From: the human T2T-CHM13v2.0 reference genome, Homo sapiens
Strand: one strand, 5' to 3'
DNA: 64,000 nt
NCBI RefSeq assembly: GCF_009914755.1
Contig: NC_060927.1
Position 1 is the first letter of the stretch. Every line of letters begins with the position of its first letter. The notes beneath the pieces were generated by a model. The model searched no databases. It saw only the letters and a program-made list of their open reading frames with translations, and was not told the DNA's origin. Below are positions 48,502 to 63,548 of the stretch, in pieces. The translations under genes were made by a program, and so were the position numbers.

Positions 48502-48714
48502 AAGTAGAAGGAATGGCTCCTACAATTGCATTGATCTCAGAAGAAGTTGTCTTATAGTAGTTGGAAACTTTATCACTTGGTCTCAGAAGTGTCCGGAGAG
48601 TCTTTTCTGTGCTTCCTGCTTCTTTTAAGACAATATCTTCTGGCTTTATGAGGAGAGTTTGTTCAGGTTCTTCAACATTAGCCTCAGTAGGGTTTACACA
48701 ATCTGGTTTTCTAC
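48502..48714 (-). CDS. EFHB: EFHB coding exon (GRKPDCVNPTEAN...AIVGAIPST)
   Basis: 213 bp, AAG acceptor after a long T/C tract, GTATGT donor, phase 1-1, open frame. Confidence 0.9.
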
Positions 48715-48947
48715 CTTTAAGGAAAATAAATGAAAGAAAAAATGCAGGAATACATTACTACTTAGTGCTTGCTGCTCTGTAACAGGATAAGTTTTCCCAT
48801 CTAGTCTCTTCTTGCTAATGGAAACAGCTGGCATGACCCCTCCACTGACCCAACACCCAACTGTGGAAGAGTAAGTTCAGGCCAATGTCATATGCCAGGA
48901 AATCTGAACATGGCCTAATGTTTTCTTCTGCTACTCCACTCACTTTA

Positions 48948-49337
<390 letters not shown>

Positions 49338-50561
49338 GCGTATTTTAATATTTAACTTGAACTACAGAGTTTTTCCTAGCACTATGCACTAGGGAGAAAT
49401 AAGACAAGACATGCTTGTAGTGGAAAATTCCACATCTACTTGACTGGGGGGAGCATGCACTACAACATCAAGAGAGATGATAAGAACTCACTGTGAGCTC
49501 AAGAACTGTTTCTACAACTAACTCCTGACAAGTCAGTGTACAAAAGAAAACCCTGAGATAGAACTGAAGTTGTAAGACTGTCCTCTTTTGCAGATTGCTT
49601 TGCTGAGCCAATTCTGAAATTTAGGAATAAATTCCTGCAATCTTTTTCAGATCTGGTTACTACATATATACCACTAGAGAGCGCTGTGGTGTTCCCATCT
49701 TTAGAAAAATTCTAAAGGTTCTGGGGGAGCCCAAGTAAGGGTTGCAAAGGCAAGTGACCTGCTGGTATTAGAGAAGGGTGGATACCGTGGCAAACTAGAA
49801 AAGACTTACGTCTCTGAAGAACGCATTCCTCCCCGCAACCCCACCTCTCCCCACACTCAGTTCCTGCCAATTGCTGCTCTGAAAATTCTCAGGCCCACTG
49901 TTCCAGATCCTCTAACCCTCCACCTCACCAAAAGTAGAAATCTGGACAAAGTTTGAAAAAGAATTTCTCAAAAAATTGGAAGATTACTTACCCACTTTTC
50001 TCCAAAAGTCAACAGTAAGATAGAATTTGATATCAGAAAAATTTTGGCAGAACATTCCTGGGCCCCCTCTAGACCTACTGACTACAAACTTGACAGTTTC
50101 TACCCTAAAATCATAGAAGATGAAAATCCTTAAAAACTCCATTTAAAATGGCTGAAGAAATCAGCATCCAAAAACCAGAAACAATTTGAAGAATTATCTG
50201 GTCTGAAATAAGCTTTTGCTTTCTACCACTACTTCATGAGTTGTGCCAAGAAGGAAGCTCTGTCACCCCTGTTTATGAAAGGGTTGGAGTAGAGCTGTTT
50301 TCTATAAAAAGCTTCATTAGGTAGGGAAGATTCTGATGCTTTCCTAGTGGATAGAATAGAAAGGCTAACCCATAAGGGCTCGCATCATCAAGAGAGACCA
50401 AAATTTGGTTTTGACTTCACAGAAAGGCATGACCCAAGAATAAAAGTGAAAATAGTAGTATCTCCACTTTTTAGAAGAGAGACATCCTGAGAGAAAATAA
50501 AAATGTAAATATCTTTTTAAAAAGTTGAACCTCTAATAATTAAGATACAAAAATTAAGGTA

Positions 50562-50807
<246 letters not shown>

Positions 50808-51150
50808 CAAATGAGGTATTATTATAAACCAACTAAAGTACAACAATGTAAGAATTTTTGTTTGAAATAACACTCAATGGTAGTGAGATTGGAGTAAAAC
50901 CTCACAGACTTAGCTGATAAAATTGCAAATCAGTAAAATCATTTAGAAAAGCAAAATGAAAATAGAGTTACTTCTGAGACAATAATAACATTCATAAGAA
51001 ATGAGAAATAAAAAGCTTTTTGAGATATGATCATTATAGCATTGTGCATATTACTTTTAAAATATCTAGAAACAGCCTAAATTTCATAGAGTGAAGAAAT
51101 GGTTTAGTAAATCATAATATATCAGCATGAGGGAACTGAAATGTAGTTCA

Positions 51151-51497
<347 letters not shown>

Positions 51498-51644
51498 GGA
51501 AGAAGAGAAATGCGAAAGTTAAATTTTAAAAAGCCTTATATAGTATGTTCAGTGTTATTTTAGACATGCTTAAAATATATACATATACACATACGTATAT
51601 ATGTATATCTATATATGTAATGATACAGAAAGATAAAATGTAGG

Positions 51645-51855
51645 CCAGAGGTATCCAACCATTTGGCTTCCCTGGACCTCACTGGAAGAAGACTTATCTT
51701 GGGCCACACATAAAGTACACTAACACTAAGGACAGCTGATGAGCTTAAAAACAAAATGTCGCAAAAAAATCTCATAGCGTTTTAAGAAAGTTTACAAATT
51801 TGTGTTGGGCAGCATTCAAAGCTGTCTTGAACCAAGGGTTGGACAAGCTTGATGT
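51645..51855. mobile_element. MER30-like DNA transposon
   Basis: CAGAGGTATCCAACC..TTGGCTTCCCTGG...GGTTGGACAAGCTTG. Confidence 0.7.
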
Positions 51856-52340
51856 AAACATTATAACATTTGAATCAAAAGTAAAGATTATGCTGTTTTT
51901 CCTTTTTATACAAAATTTTTAAAATCTAATTTTATGTCAAATTGTGTGTTTCCTGGGAAAGGGAATTAACTACTCAGATAATCGTTTTTAAACAGGTTTC
52001 TGAGAAACTGTCTTTTATATTTTGAGCTTCAGTGTAAGTTTTGTGCTTTTAATTTTTTTGAATAAATAATACATGGTTCCAAACTCAAAAGATACAAAAA
52101 TATAGATTAAAAAGTGAATCTCATTGCCACCCTGTCCCTCAGCCATCCAACTGCCTCTTCCTGGAAATAATAAATATTATTGATTCTTTCCTACACTACT
52201 ACAGATATTCCATGCATAAACAAGCAAATAAAAACCATGTATAAATGTATATTTTTATTTTTCATATAATATTAAAGTTGAATATAGCTGAGCTCTTAGA
52301 AAAATTAAAATACAGAAGTCCATTTAAGAATTCAGCAAAT

Positions 52341-52490
52341 GGCTAAGCATGCTGGCTCACACCAATAATCCCAGCACTTTGGGAGGCCAAAGCAAGAGAA
52401 TCCCTTGAACCCAGGAGTTCAAGGGCAAGTAGGACCAGCCTGGGCAACATAGTGAGACCTCGTCTGTATTAAAAATAATAATAATAAATT
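52341..52490 (+). mobile_element. FLAM/AluJ monomer
   Basis: Single Alu left-arm-like unit with AT-rich tail. Confidence 0.7.
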
Positions 52491-52539
52491 TTAAAATTTA
52501 AAAAAATAATAATTCATCAAACCTTCAAAAATTAAATAC

Positions 52540-52747
52540 CTTTAATAATGACCCTCTCTTCATACTCTTTAAGAAGCATTTTGTCTTTCCAGTTAAGAAA
52601 ATTTGCAAATTCCAGATAGTTAATGAAGCCATCATTATCCACATCACAGTAGTCAAATAGCTGGTCCAGGAGCTTGTCATCTAAACTCAAGTTGGCCTGG
52701 TCACAAGCTTCCTGCAGCTCGTCTTTATCTATCATCCCATCTCCCTT
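52540..52747 (-). CDS. EFHB: EFHB coding exon with EF-hand pair (KGDGMIDKDE...DVDNDGFINYLE)
   Basis: 208 bp, CAG acceptor, GTAT donor, phase 0-1. ORF 52532..52735 shows a canonical EF-hand loop DVDNDGFINYLE. Confidence 0.95.
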
Positions 52748-53845
52748 CTGTTATACAGGAAGCAAAAGAACATAAAATGGGAGTTGTCTTCAAGAGCAGA
52801 GTAGGCAACATTATTTAGTTTAAGAAAAAAGAAATAGCTTCATCACATAAATTCAAATTTGTCTCAATTTTCACAGAAGAGGAGTCAAATACGCTGGTTA
52901 GACCGTGGTAGAGCATTATTACCATGATATGGGCTTGACATTTCATATGACCAATAGGTGTGTACTTTTGACAGCTCTCTACAATTTTTATCCTTACAAA
53001 GTTTTTAATACCTTCTGTGTTTTAACCTGGCAATAAATGGCCCTTCATTTCATTGCCTGTTATTAAGGAGAAATTGGGGAGATAGTTGCGGGACAAGTTC
53101 ACGGAGGTGGGTTCAAAGACAGTGGTCTGGTTTTCATAACACTCCTATGGGCAAGAGGGAAATGCTACCAATCTGATGGTCAGCCCCATTGAAACAAGTA
53201 ACACTAAGATTCATCCTGGTAAGTAGGGGGAGGAGGGTGGAGGGAAAAAGTCTCACCTCCTTTCAGACAGCAGTTAAAGACAGAAGTACCTACACTGAGT
53301 ATGAACAGAGGGAAATGTATAAGGGCTCTCAGCAGAAACTGGCTGATTCACTTGGGAGATGAAGCGGCAGAGCACACAATGTTCGTTAAGGAAGAATGTC
53401 AACAGCTGGGACATCTTAGCACTCAGTCCCTCCTGCAGTCTATCAAGCCAACCTTAAATCCATTCAGAGATGATGGCAAAGGTCCCAGTTTTCTTGTTTG
53501 TTTCTGCAGTGAATTCTTCCTGCTATAAGGGAGCTTTGGCCCCCTCAGAGAGACTTCCCTGAGAGGAAATAACTCCCAAGAGGAATCATAAATGAGTCAC
53601 TGCGTAGTATTTAAGCTCTTACTGCCCAGGACTGGATTTACAATGCTGATGGAGGCAATCCCCTGGAGAACGAGAAACTGACTCGATGAATTATAAATTC
53701 TTGCAGTCAGACCCACAGCCCTGGAAAACTTCCCTACTTAACCCTTGTATTCAAACAGAATGAGAACTTAAAACATATGATCTTGACAATACAGCTGCAA
53801 ATGCCCTGGATTAAAGCAGACTCCTTTATAAAAGTCTCTACTACA

Positions 53846-54130
<285 letters not shown>

Positions 54131-55149
54131 TCATCCTAGCTGAAAAGCAATGCGGGATGTGGCTGTTGAATCAAGAGAGCCCCAAAACTGAAACAGATGC
54201 TGTCAACGATAAATTACCGCCTAATATGCAGGGCTTTGTGTGCACTGAAAACACTGGTGGTTTGTTTCATGGAGCTACCATGCCACCACCATGCCACTCA
54301 AAATCAAAGTAAATATTTCTTACTTACTAGTGCAAAGCCATTCTCTCCCTCTGCATCCTTAATCCCTCCCTCCCCCAAGCCCTGATCTCATCCGCTTTAG
54401 GGAGAAAGATGATTAGAAGTAGGACCAAGGGCTCCAGGTCTTCAAGAGGGATGCATCTGTTCAGTGGGGTGAGATTCTCACATTTTTATGGTTTGGATAC
54501 AGTTCCCAAAGTCATCATCATAGTCAGTCCTGGGAGAGGATGGTAGGGAAGGATGTCCGAATTCAGTTAATGGGGTTTGGGCACAGTTTGCAGAGAAGAA
54601 TTAAAGATAACCATGTATTATTGCTACGGCTTCCAAGCCTGAATATTTAATTGGTATTGATGCTTTCCATGTCTGTAGAGTGAATGTTCATATGTGACAG
54701 AGGGGATTATCCTGATCAAGAAGAGCCATGTATAGACAATTGTTATTACCTTTGGGACCCCATAACCCTAATGACTCCTTTGAGTACAAGTCTATAACTG
54801 GTGGTTTTGCCAATTAGAGCCTCTGGAAAAGAAAGGCAACCTTCACTTGGAGGTGCACCGTGAAGTTTAGGACTTATTGCCTCCCTAACATAATTACCAG
54901 GTAGACCTCTTTTGAAAAGCAGCTATTAGCCTGTCACTGAGCTCTTCTGGAAACTGAACACTGGACCCATGGAGGCCTTCTGACTCTCCAGCCGATAATC
55001 ATTTTGAGGCCGGCCAACTTGGACTAAATGACTAACAAAATGAAAAAGGAGCAAACAAGCCTCATATGTCAAATGGAAATGGCATATTCAAGAATGCAGC
55101 CAGCCCAACCCCAGTAACATCTCAGCTTTACGTGTAAAAGAGTAGCAAT

Positions 55150-55450
55150 ATTTTTGTTGTTGTTATTGCTGCTGCTGCTGAGACAGGCTATCAATCAGTT
55201 GTGCAGGCTGGAATGCAGTGGCACAATCATAGTTCACTGCAGCCTCAAACTCCTGGGCTCAGGTGATCCTCCTGCCTCAGCCTACTGAGTAGCTGGCACT
55301 ACCACTCCTGGCTAACTATTTGTGTTTACTTGTAGAGATGGAGTCTCACTATGTTACCCAGGCTGGTTTCAAACTCCCAGCCTCAAACTATCCTCCTGCC
55401 TCAGCCTCCCAAAATGCTAGAATTGTAGGTGTGAGCCACCACACTCAGCT
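55150..55450 (-). mobile_element. AluJ
   Basis: Diverged reverse-complement Alu. Confidence 0.8.
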
Positions 55451-56802
55451 GAGAAGTGATCCTTTAGAAAAAAAAAATTATTCACCACTCTGTCACCTGA
55501 AGCAAAGCCACTGGCTCAAGAGGACCCTCAATTCACAGAACCTCCTCTAAATGCCTGGGCCTGTTTCACTTATAGTCTGGCTGAGCTGAAACCTGGTGGT
55601 CTTCACTGAGCTAAACTAAAGGCCATTCTCATGGCTCTGGCAAATACTCCCCTTGATAAACCTGTTATATTTTTACTGACTCTTGGGCTGTTGACTGTGG
55701 CCTACCTATTTGGTTGGCCACTTGGAAAACAATAAAATAGCAGATTAAAGACACCCCTTTAAGGGACTGCAAACTATAGGACAAAAATTATGGCTACTGA
55801 TTGAACTATCTGGGTAGTTCATGTAGATACTCACCATAAGCATGGGAATGATTGGAATCAAGCTGCTGATCAAGCCTGAACCATCCAGATTGCCAACATT
55901 GCTGCCTGTACATACATGGCAACACACCCCCATTACACACAGAGCACAAGGTAAAGAACTCCATGTTTCTAATGCAGAAGCCACCACTACATGCCAAACT
56001 TGTGACTGCCAGAAGTTGACTCATTTGTCTTACGGTGAGAGAGGACACATCACACATAGGGATCTCCCTCATGCTCCTGACAGACTGACTACAGTGAACC
56101 TCTGACCCCTCCCTCCTCAGAGCTATTGGTGGTGCCACACCAATATTGACACTTATTCAAGTTATGGAATTGCCATTCCAGTCCAATCATATGGGTCTAG
56201 TCCCAACAGTAGGGCCCATAAAGTTAAGTTAATCTGGGTTGTGCGTTTTGCTTTCTGGAACATTTTCAGTCTGTCAATGGGGTGCACCCTATAGCACAAA
56301 AGCTATTCAGCAATGAGCTATTAGTCAAGGTATTCAATGAAGCTTTCTTACTCCCTACCGTCCATTGTCATATGGTATTATTGTGCATTGGAATGGCCTT
56401 CTCAAAAACTGTCTACTTCTCTCACCAGCTCCTGGTGCCCACATCTTAGTAAAGCTGTTTGGTCACTCAATGCAGCTGTCCCCAGAAAGGACTCATTCTA
56501 TCTCAGCTGCTTCCTGAATAATAATCAGAATAAAAGGGGCAGGGGTTATAAAGACTTATTTTGAAAATTGGTGTTACTTCCATGACCATTCCTGGACATG
56601 GTGCAACAGCACCATGCAACAGCAATCCCGGGCCAGTAGGGTTGGTCCGCCCTTTTGGTAGCAACCAGGCATAAAAAGGATTCTAGGAGGTTCAAATTTA
56701 ATTCTATTTCAGCCTCCTGATTTTCTTGTTGGGTTTACATAATCCTTGATCATAAGGATAATAACCACTTGGTTGAGTATACTTCTCAAAAATCAGTGTG
56801 AG

Positions 56803-57004
56803 AGCCGGGAGCAGTAGCTCACATCTGTAATCCCAGCAACATGGGAGGCTGAGGCAGGAGGATCACTTGAGGCTCAGAGTTCAAGCCTGCAGTGAGCTAT
56901 GATGGTGCCACTGCACTCCAACCTGGGCAACAGAGTGAGAATCTCATCTCTAAAATAAAATAAAATAAAATAAAATAAAATAAAATAAAATAAAATAATA
57001 AGAT
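56803..57004 (+). mobile_element. Alu monomer (FRAM-like) with (AAAAT)n tail
   Basis: TSD AAAATCAGT(G/A)TG. Confidence 0.8.
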
Positions 57005-57070
57005 AAAATCAGTATGTTCCATCCCAGTAGCTATAACTTCACCTTTTTCCCAATCATATTCTCTATTTTC

Positions 57071-57353
57071 TTTTTTTTTTTTTAGATGGAGTCTCGCTTT
57101 GTTGCCCAGGCTAGAGCGCAGTGGTGTGATCTCAGCTCACTGCAACCTCTGCCTCCCAAGTTCAAGCAATCTCCTGCCTCAGCTTCCCGAGTAGCTAGGA
57201 TTACAGGCATGTGCCACCATACCTGGCTAATTTTTGTATTTTTAGTAGAGATGGAGTTTCGCCATGTTGGTCAGGCTGGTCTCGAACTCATGACCTCAGG
57301 TGATTGGCCTCCCAAAGTGTTCGGATTACAGGCATGAGCCACCATGCCCAGCC
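57071..57353 (-). mobile_element. AluSx-like
   Basis: Perfect TSD CATATTCTCTATTTTC at 57055-57070 and 57354-57369. Confidence 0.9.
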
Positions 57354-58780
57354 CATATTCTCTATTTTCGCCTAGACCTTTTGTTAGGAAAGGTCAGATA
57401 TAAGAGGGACCAGGGATTTCTTAGAAAAGTTCCAGAGATCTGTTTTATCCTCTTTTATGCCTGACCTTTCCAGACAAAAGTTCTAGGTGAAAATAGGAGG
57501 TAAATGGGAAAAAGGTGAAGTTATAGCTACTGGAATGGGATACCCTGATTTTGTGGCAATAGGGGGAGCGCAGCAACCGAGCTCTTGGAGAGAGAACACT
57601 TTAGACCCAGGATGTTCAGGGGAGTGAGGGACATCATGATATTTTGTTTTTCAGCCCACTCCTGAAGACTGCATCATAAAGAAAAATGCCTTAGTGCAGT
57701 TCTCTCAAACTGTTGGTGACACCTTAGTTTTAACTGACTGCCAGGCAGTTCTGACCACAATTTGAATGACATCCACCTCAACTTTACCAAGAAATCTATT
57801 GGAAACAGCAGAGAATGACCCTAGTTACTGCACCTCCACATTGAACACCTTTGGGTATCTTCCCCAGCCCCATTTGCAGTCATTCCACAAGGTGAGCAAA
57901 TACCATCAGCTGGTGGCATGGACAGACAGGAGGTTGGACTTACTGACCTCATGCAGCCCCTCCAAAAACAAGGACTATACACAATTATTGAACCTAACTG
58001 AGAATCCTATAGCCTAGCAGCAAAATTTATTTTAGGAAACTATTCTAGTTTTAAGTTAACAATGTTTACATATTGACAACAAATGTGCTGTTTAAGTGAG
58101 CACAAATCTATACATCCTTAATTAGACAATTAATTAAAAGAGAAAATCATCAGCTGACTTGCATTGCTAAGAACATCTGTCATGAATTACATAGTCTATG
58201 ATAGCTAGGAGCAAAAATCCCTGATTGCAACTCTGAGTTTATCATAGTACTTGGGCCTCACTCTACTTCAGTGTTGTGTTACATATGTTCAACAACTGAC
58301 TTTTTGGCAGTGTGGTGGAAAAAAGCCCTGATTTGTAGCAGGTGCTGCTTTCCATGGTGTTCATACTCTCATCATGGTAATTTCTAGCTACCATTGTGAC
58401 GTCAACTGGCTTGTAAGCTTGCTGCAAATTTAACAGTATGCTCTCTCAAGCCAACTCTAGCACACTACTGCTACCCAATGTGTAACTCTCCCTCTAGATT
58501 TTCCATTCCCTAAATGGAATGTCTACACATTATCTGGAATAATGCTTGATGTATTATGATTACTCAATAAATAGCAGAATTAATTTCATAAGCCAAGAAG
58601 ATTCATTTAGAAAATCATAGTTTATTTGCTCTGTTGTGTTTGTGTTTTGTTTTTCCATTAAATTAAATGTGGCATCCAATAATATAAGATTTAAATAATC
58701 AAAAATTAACCTACAGCTGTACTAGACCCACATCTTATTACCCTCTCAGAAAAAAAGCTCCTTACGGTGACTGAATGCTA

Positions 58781-59245
<465 letters not shown>

Positions 59246-59316
59246 TAAGGCATATCAGCATTAAATAATTCTCAGTAATTTCCTCCCTGCTTAATTTATC
59301 ATAAGGAATATGCTTG

Positions 59317-59632
<316 letters not shown>

Positions 59633-60325
59633 TTAGATAATCAACAGCTATTAAGATGATCATCTTTCCTTTAATTACATTTAAAATGAAGAATTCTTAA
59701 AAGCAGGGCACTACGTATTATGGCAGGTTCTCTTATTCATGTCACTACCATTATTTATTGAGTTGGCTCCAAGCTTCCTGGTAACCAAAGTAAAAAGGTG
59801 TGCATAATCAATACAAAATACATGCTATCCATGAGATAAAAACCAGTCATCAGATACTTAGATGAAGTGCAATTATTTCCTTTGTCAAGACTGAGTTTCT
59901 TATAAGGAAGATGCATCTGACAAAAATAAAAGCCTCATGGGCATACTAACAAAAAATATGCCACGTTTCAATGGCAGTTTCTTATAGTGCTCCTCAGCAT
60001 AAGCTAAAGGCAGTGCAGCTCGGTAAAAGCAATTCTGTGATGGCCTAAAATGAAGCAAGGCAATTATGTAGCCCTAGATTGATCTGATTTTATTCAAAGA
60101 ATAAAATTTAGAGTAGCTTGAACATTGAATGATCTTACACTCTCAAAACTAAAACCACACCCTGCTCCCCAGGGAAAAGACATTCTAAGCTTGACTTGGA
60201 CCTAGAATGCAGGTACTCTGTGTACATATTCAGATTTAGGTGTAGATTGTCAAGTCTTCCCCAGGGATCCCCAGTGCTACCCATTGCCCCTTGCTCCCAG
60301 CACACTGCAGTTTAATAATCCATAA

Positions 60326-60737
60326 CAGTGGTTCTCAAACTTGAATGTGCATCAGAATCACTAGAGCACTTGCAAAAATTGCTGGGTCCCACCCCAGAGT
60401 TCCTGACTCAGTATTTTCTGAAATGGGCCTTGTAATGTGCATTTCTAACAAGTTCCCAAGTGATAGTGATGGTGGTAGTGGAACCACACTTTGACAACCA
60501 ATAATCTACAAAAGGGGTCAGCAAATGTCTTCTGTTAAGGGGCAAATAGTAAATATTTTAGGTTTTGAAGGCCATACAGTTTTTGTTGCTACTACCTAAC
60601 TCTGTATTCATACTGCAAAAGCAGCCACAGACAATACTGAAAACAACACAGGCGTGATTGTGTTCCAGTAAAACTTTACTGACACAAACAAACAGTGGGC
60701 TGGATTTGGCCCACAGGCTATAGTTTGCTGACCCCTG
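60326..60737. mobile_element. Adjacent MER5A (~60326-60502) and MER58A (~60513-60737) hAT elements
   Basis: CAGTGGTTCTCAAACTT.. and AGGGGTCAGCAAA..TTTGCTGACCCCTG terminal inverted repeats. Confidence 0.75.
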
Positions 60738-60803
60738 ATCTACACCAAACTGCTGGGATCTGTAAGCCCATGCATTACCAAAAAGCTCTCCCCCATTACT
60801 GGC

Positions 60804-60958
60804 CTTGTCATAGTGCCTGAAGGCTGCCAGCAAAGTGTCAAACTTTTGGTAATTAACTTTCTTCAGGTGATGCCGAACTGCTGCAATCAGGGCTCGCTGT
60901 CTATCCTTGCCTCGAAGATATTCATCCGGAAGTCTATTATGGATGAGATCACCAACTC
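60804..60958 (-). CDS. EFHB: EFHB coding exon (GVGDLIHNRLPDEYLRGKDRQ...LLAAFRHYDK), GC donor
   Basis: 155 bp, TAG acceptor after a pyrimidine tract, phase 1-0. The only frame-preserving donor is AAG|GCCAGT. Confidence 0.88.
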
Positions 60959-62055
60959 CTATTGAAGAGAGAAAAAACTTTTTACATAAATTTAAAGTCT
61001 TTCTATATTATTTCTATCTTTTAAAAAAAGTGAGAGATCTAGCAACCTCTGTGAATGAAAGAAACATCTAACTCTGACATGATTATGCAGCATGTCAGAA
61101 AATCCTTATGTACTCTAAAGTACATAAATTAATTGATAAAAATTAATATTCCTGGTTTATGTTACCTCTCTGCTCAAGAAGAAAATCTAAAAGAATGAAT
61201 TTTGTGTGGACATCACCAACCGCACTCAACTGTCAAGTCTTTTCCCTGGACAGTGAAGTTCTTGCTTGACTACCTCTTGGCCATTTGTCTACAGTGCTGA
61301 GGATCTGAAAGCTAGGGCTGATTCCAGGTGGGGACCACTCAGTGTGCCTTGGAACTGACTAAACTGGGAGAGCCTTGTAAAAATTAAATTATCTACCCTC
61401 TCCTATGTGAGTTTCCAGTTGGCCGTCAGTCTGCATACCAACTTCCCATTTCTCAGCCTTGCTTCCACTCATGCCACCACCAGCACTAGAGGCCTGCCTC
61501 CCTTCACGGCTCCATTAACTAAGAGTCCTGACCCACACCCCAACTAGAGTTGACCATGCTGCTCCAGATGTGGCGGCTCGGTGGATATCGCCAGAGGAGA
61601 CCTCCTGCCTCTGTTCATTTTCCCTGGCGTACACACATCTCCCATCTTTCTGCCAGGACTCTCAGCTTTCTCTTCCTTTTTTAATTCATCAATTCATGCT
61701 ATAAATATTGATGAAAGATGTCCTATGTGCTGGACCCTGAGGATCCAACAGACAGCAAGACAGAGCACCCACCAGCATGAAGCTTGCCCTCAAACAGGCA
61801 GAATTTACCATGATTACCTACTTCTTTTTCAAGCTAATTGATGGTTTCCTAATCATCCCTTACCCTCTTCAAAAGATATTAAAGCCTCTAAGATGGATAG
61901 GCATCCATCAAACATTAGTAGTTTGTGTAAAAACAGAACCCAAATACAATTTCCTAATGTAGTAATTAATGATGCTCCAAACCACTGTCTTGCATAAGCT
62001 CAATAAATATTTATTCTACCTGTCAATGAGTTGACTTTAGCCAAAACATTTTTCA

Positions 62056-62560
62056 TAGTGGTTCTTAAACGTTAGTGTATATAAGAACCTACTGAATCAG
62101 AATATCTAGGGCCTGGGTCCCAGGAAGGTGCAGATTTAATAAACTCCCTGGATGATTTTAATGCAGGTAGTCTGCAGCCCATGTTTTGAAAACCACTGAT
62201 ATACAGCCCAATCCTGATAAGCTGTAGCATATTTTTCCCTTTGGATATCTGCTGTTTAGATTGGCTAGAAATAAAGACAAAATCCAAGTAAGTTTCTTCT
62301 GCTACTTTATGTATTGATTGATTGATCAACTGACTGGCTAGCTGGCTGGCTGGTAGGAAAAGAGTGGTTCTTAATTATGTGGTTGTAGAGTACAGTGCTT
62401 TCTCATATTTGAATGTGCTTAAAATTCACCTGGAAATATAGTTAAAATGCAGTTTCTGATTCAATAGTTCTGGGATGGGGCCTGAGATTCTGCATTTCTA
62501 AGGAGCTCCCAGGGGATGCCAATACTGGCAGTCTGCAGACCACACTTTGAGAAGTTAGGA
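62056..62560. mobile_element. Two MER5-type elements (~62056-62198, ~62393-62560)
   Basis: TAGTGGTTCTTAAA...TTTGAAAACCACTG termini; GGGGCCTGAGATTCTGCATTTCTAA. Confidence 0.7.
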
Positions 62561-62894
62561 CTAGGACAATATCCAAATTAATTAAAAAGCTGCCCCACTT
62601 CACTTTGGCTTGTTTAATATAGGCCATATTTATTTTTCCTAAATAAAATTCAAAGCCTTAACTACACTTACAGTACTTATTACAAGGGCTTCCAACTGTA
62701 CCTATTTCAAACATAATATGAAAAAAAATTTACTTCTGTGTTATACACTTTTCTCATTAATGTTAATGCAACATTTTAAGTCTTTAAAATTAGAAGCTTT
62801 GAAATAAGGAGATGGTGAGCTTAACTGCATAACTTTGTGGGGATTTTGTTGCTGTTTGTTTGGGGTTTTTTACGGAGAAAGTGTGTATATTTAC

Positions 62895-62962
62895 CATATT
62901 CCTCAGGACGGAGACAAGCTCCAAATGTGCAGTCTGGGGGAACATTCATTGTTTCTGCAATG
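62895..62962 (-). CDS. EFHB: EFHB coding exon (IAETMNVPPDCTFGACLRPEEY)
   Basis: 68 bp, TAG acceptor, GTAAAT donor, phase 2-1; in frame with both neighbours. Confidence 0.9.
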
Positions 62963-63548
62963 CTATCAAAGAAAACAAATCCTTAGTTAAAATACCCACC
63001 ACATGGCATCTCTGGAATTTAAAATATGTTTGCCATATGTTCTTAGTAGCCCATATTTTATCTCATAACCAAACTATGAAGATCAAACAAAAGTTCTCCA
63101 ATAGATCTTTTGTCTGATCTTCCACTTGCATTAACAATGACTGAATGTTTTCACCCTCTTTCAGGAGCCCAGAATTACAAAGAAAAGCAGAACACACAGA
63201 ACACATTCAAAGCAAAATTACCAAAGTATAAATAGAGAGCAAGACAGACAGACAGGAAAGACAAAGAAAAATATAAACACAGTAAGTTAAATCTCTGATA
63301 TCCCAGAAATAATGCTTTATGCAAAATTATCCCTCTCTCTTCTCCAGTGCCTTCTGCATTTTGGAGAACTCACTGCTTTCCTGGAATCCCAAATTCTATA
63401 GATATTAACAGATTAACTGATTAACAATAAAATAATGATTTTCTTATTTAATAGATAGAATCTAATAGGCACACCAACAGTTACCACAAGAGTATTTTTT
63501 AGATTCTATGCAAAGAAACTATCAATTTGAAGTTAATCATTAACTTAC

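Noticed and set aside
48710-48717. AAG|GT at an exon start as a recursive splice site
   Set aside because: GTAGAA is a poor donor and the intron is short; no support.
48561-48782. + strand ORF overlapping an EFHB exon
   Set aside because: Antisense shadow of the real minus-strand exon.
49700-50500. Possible HAL1/L1M ORF1-like remnant
   Set aside because: Too degraded to assign from sequence reading alone.
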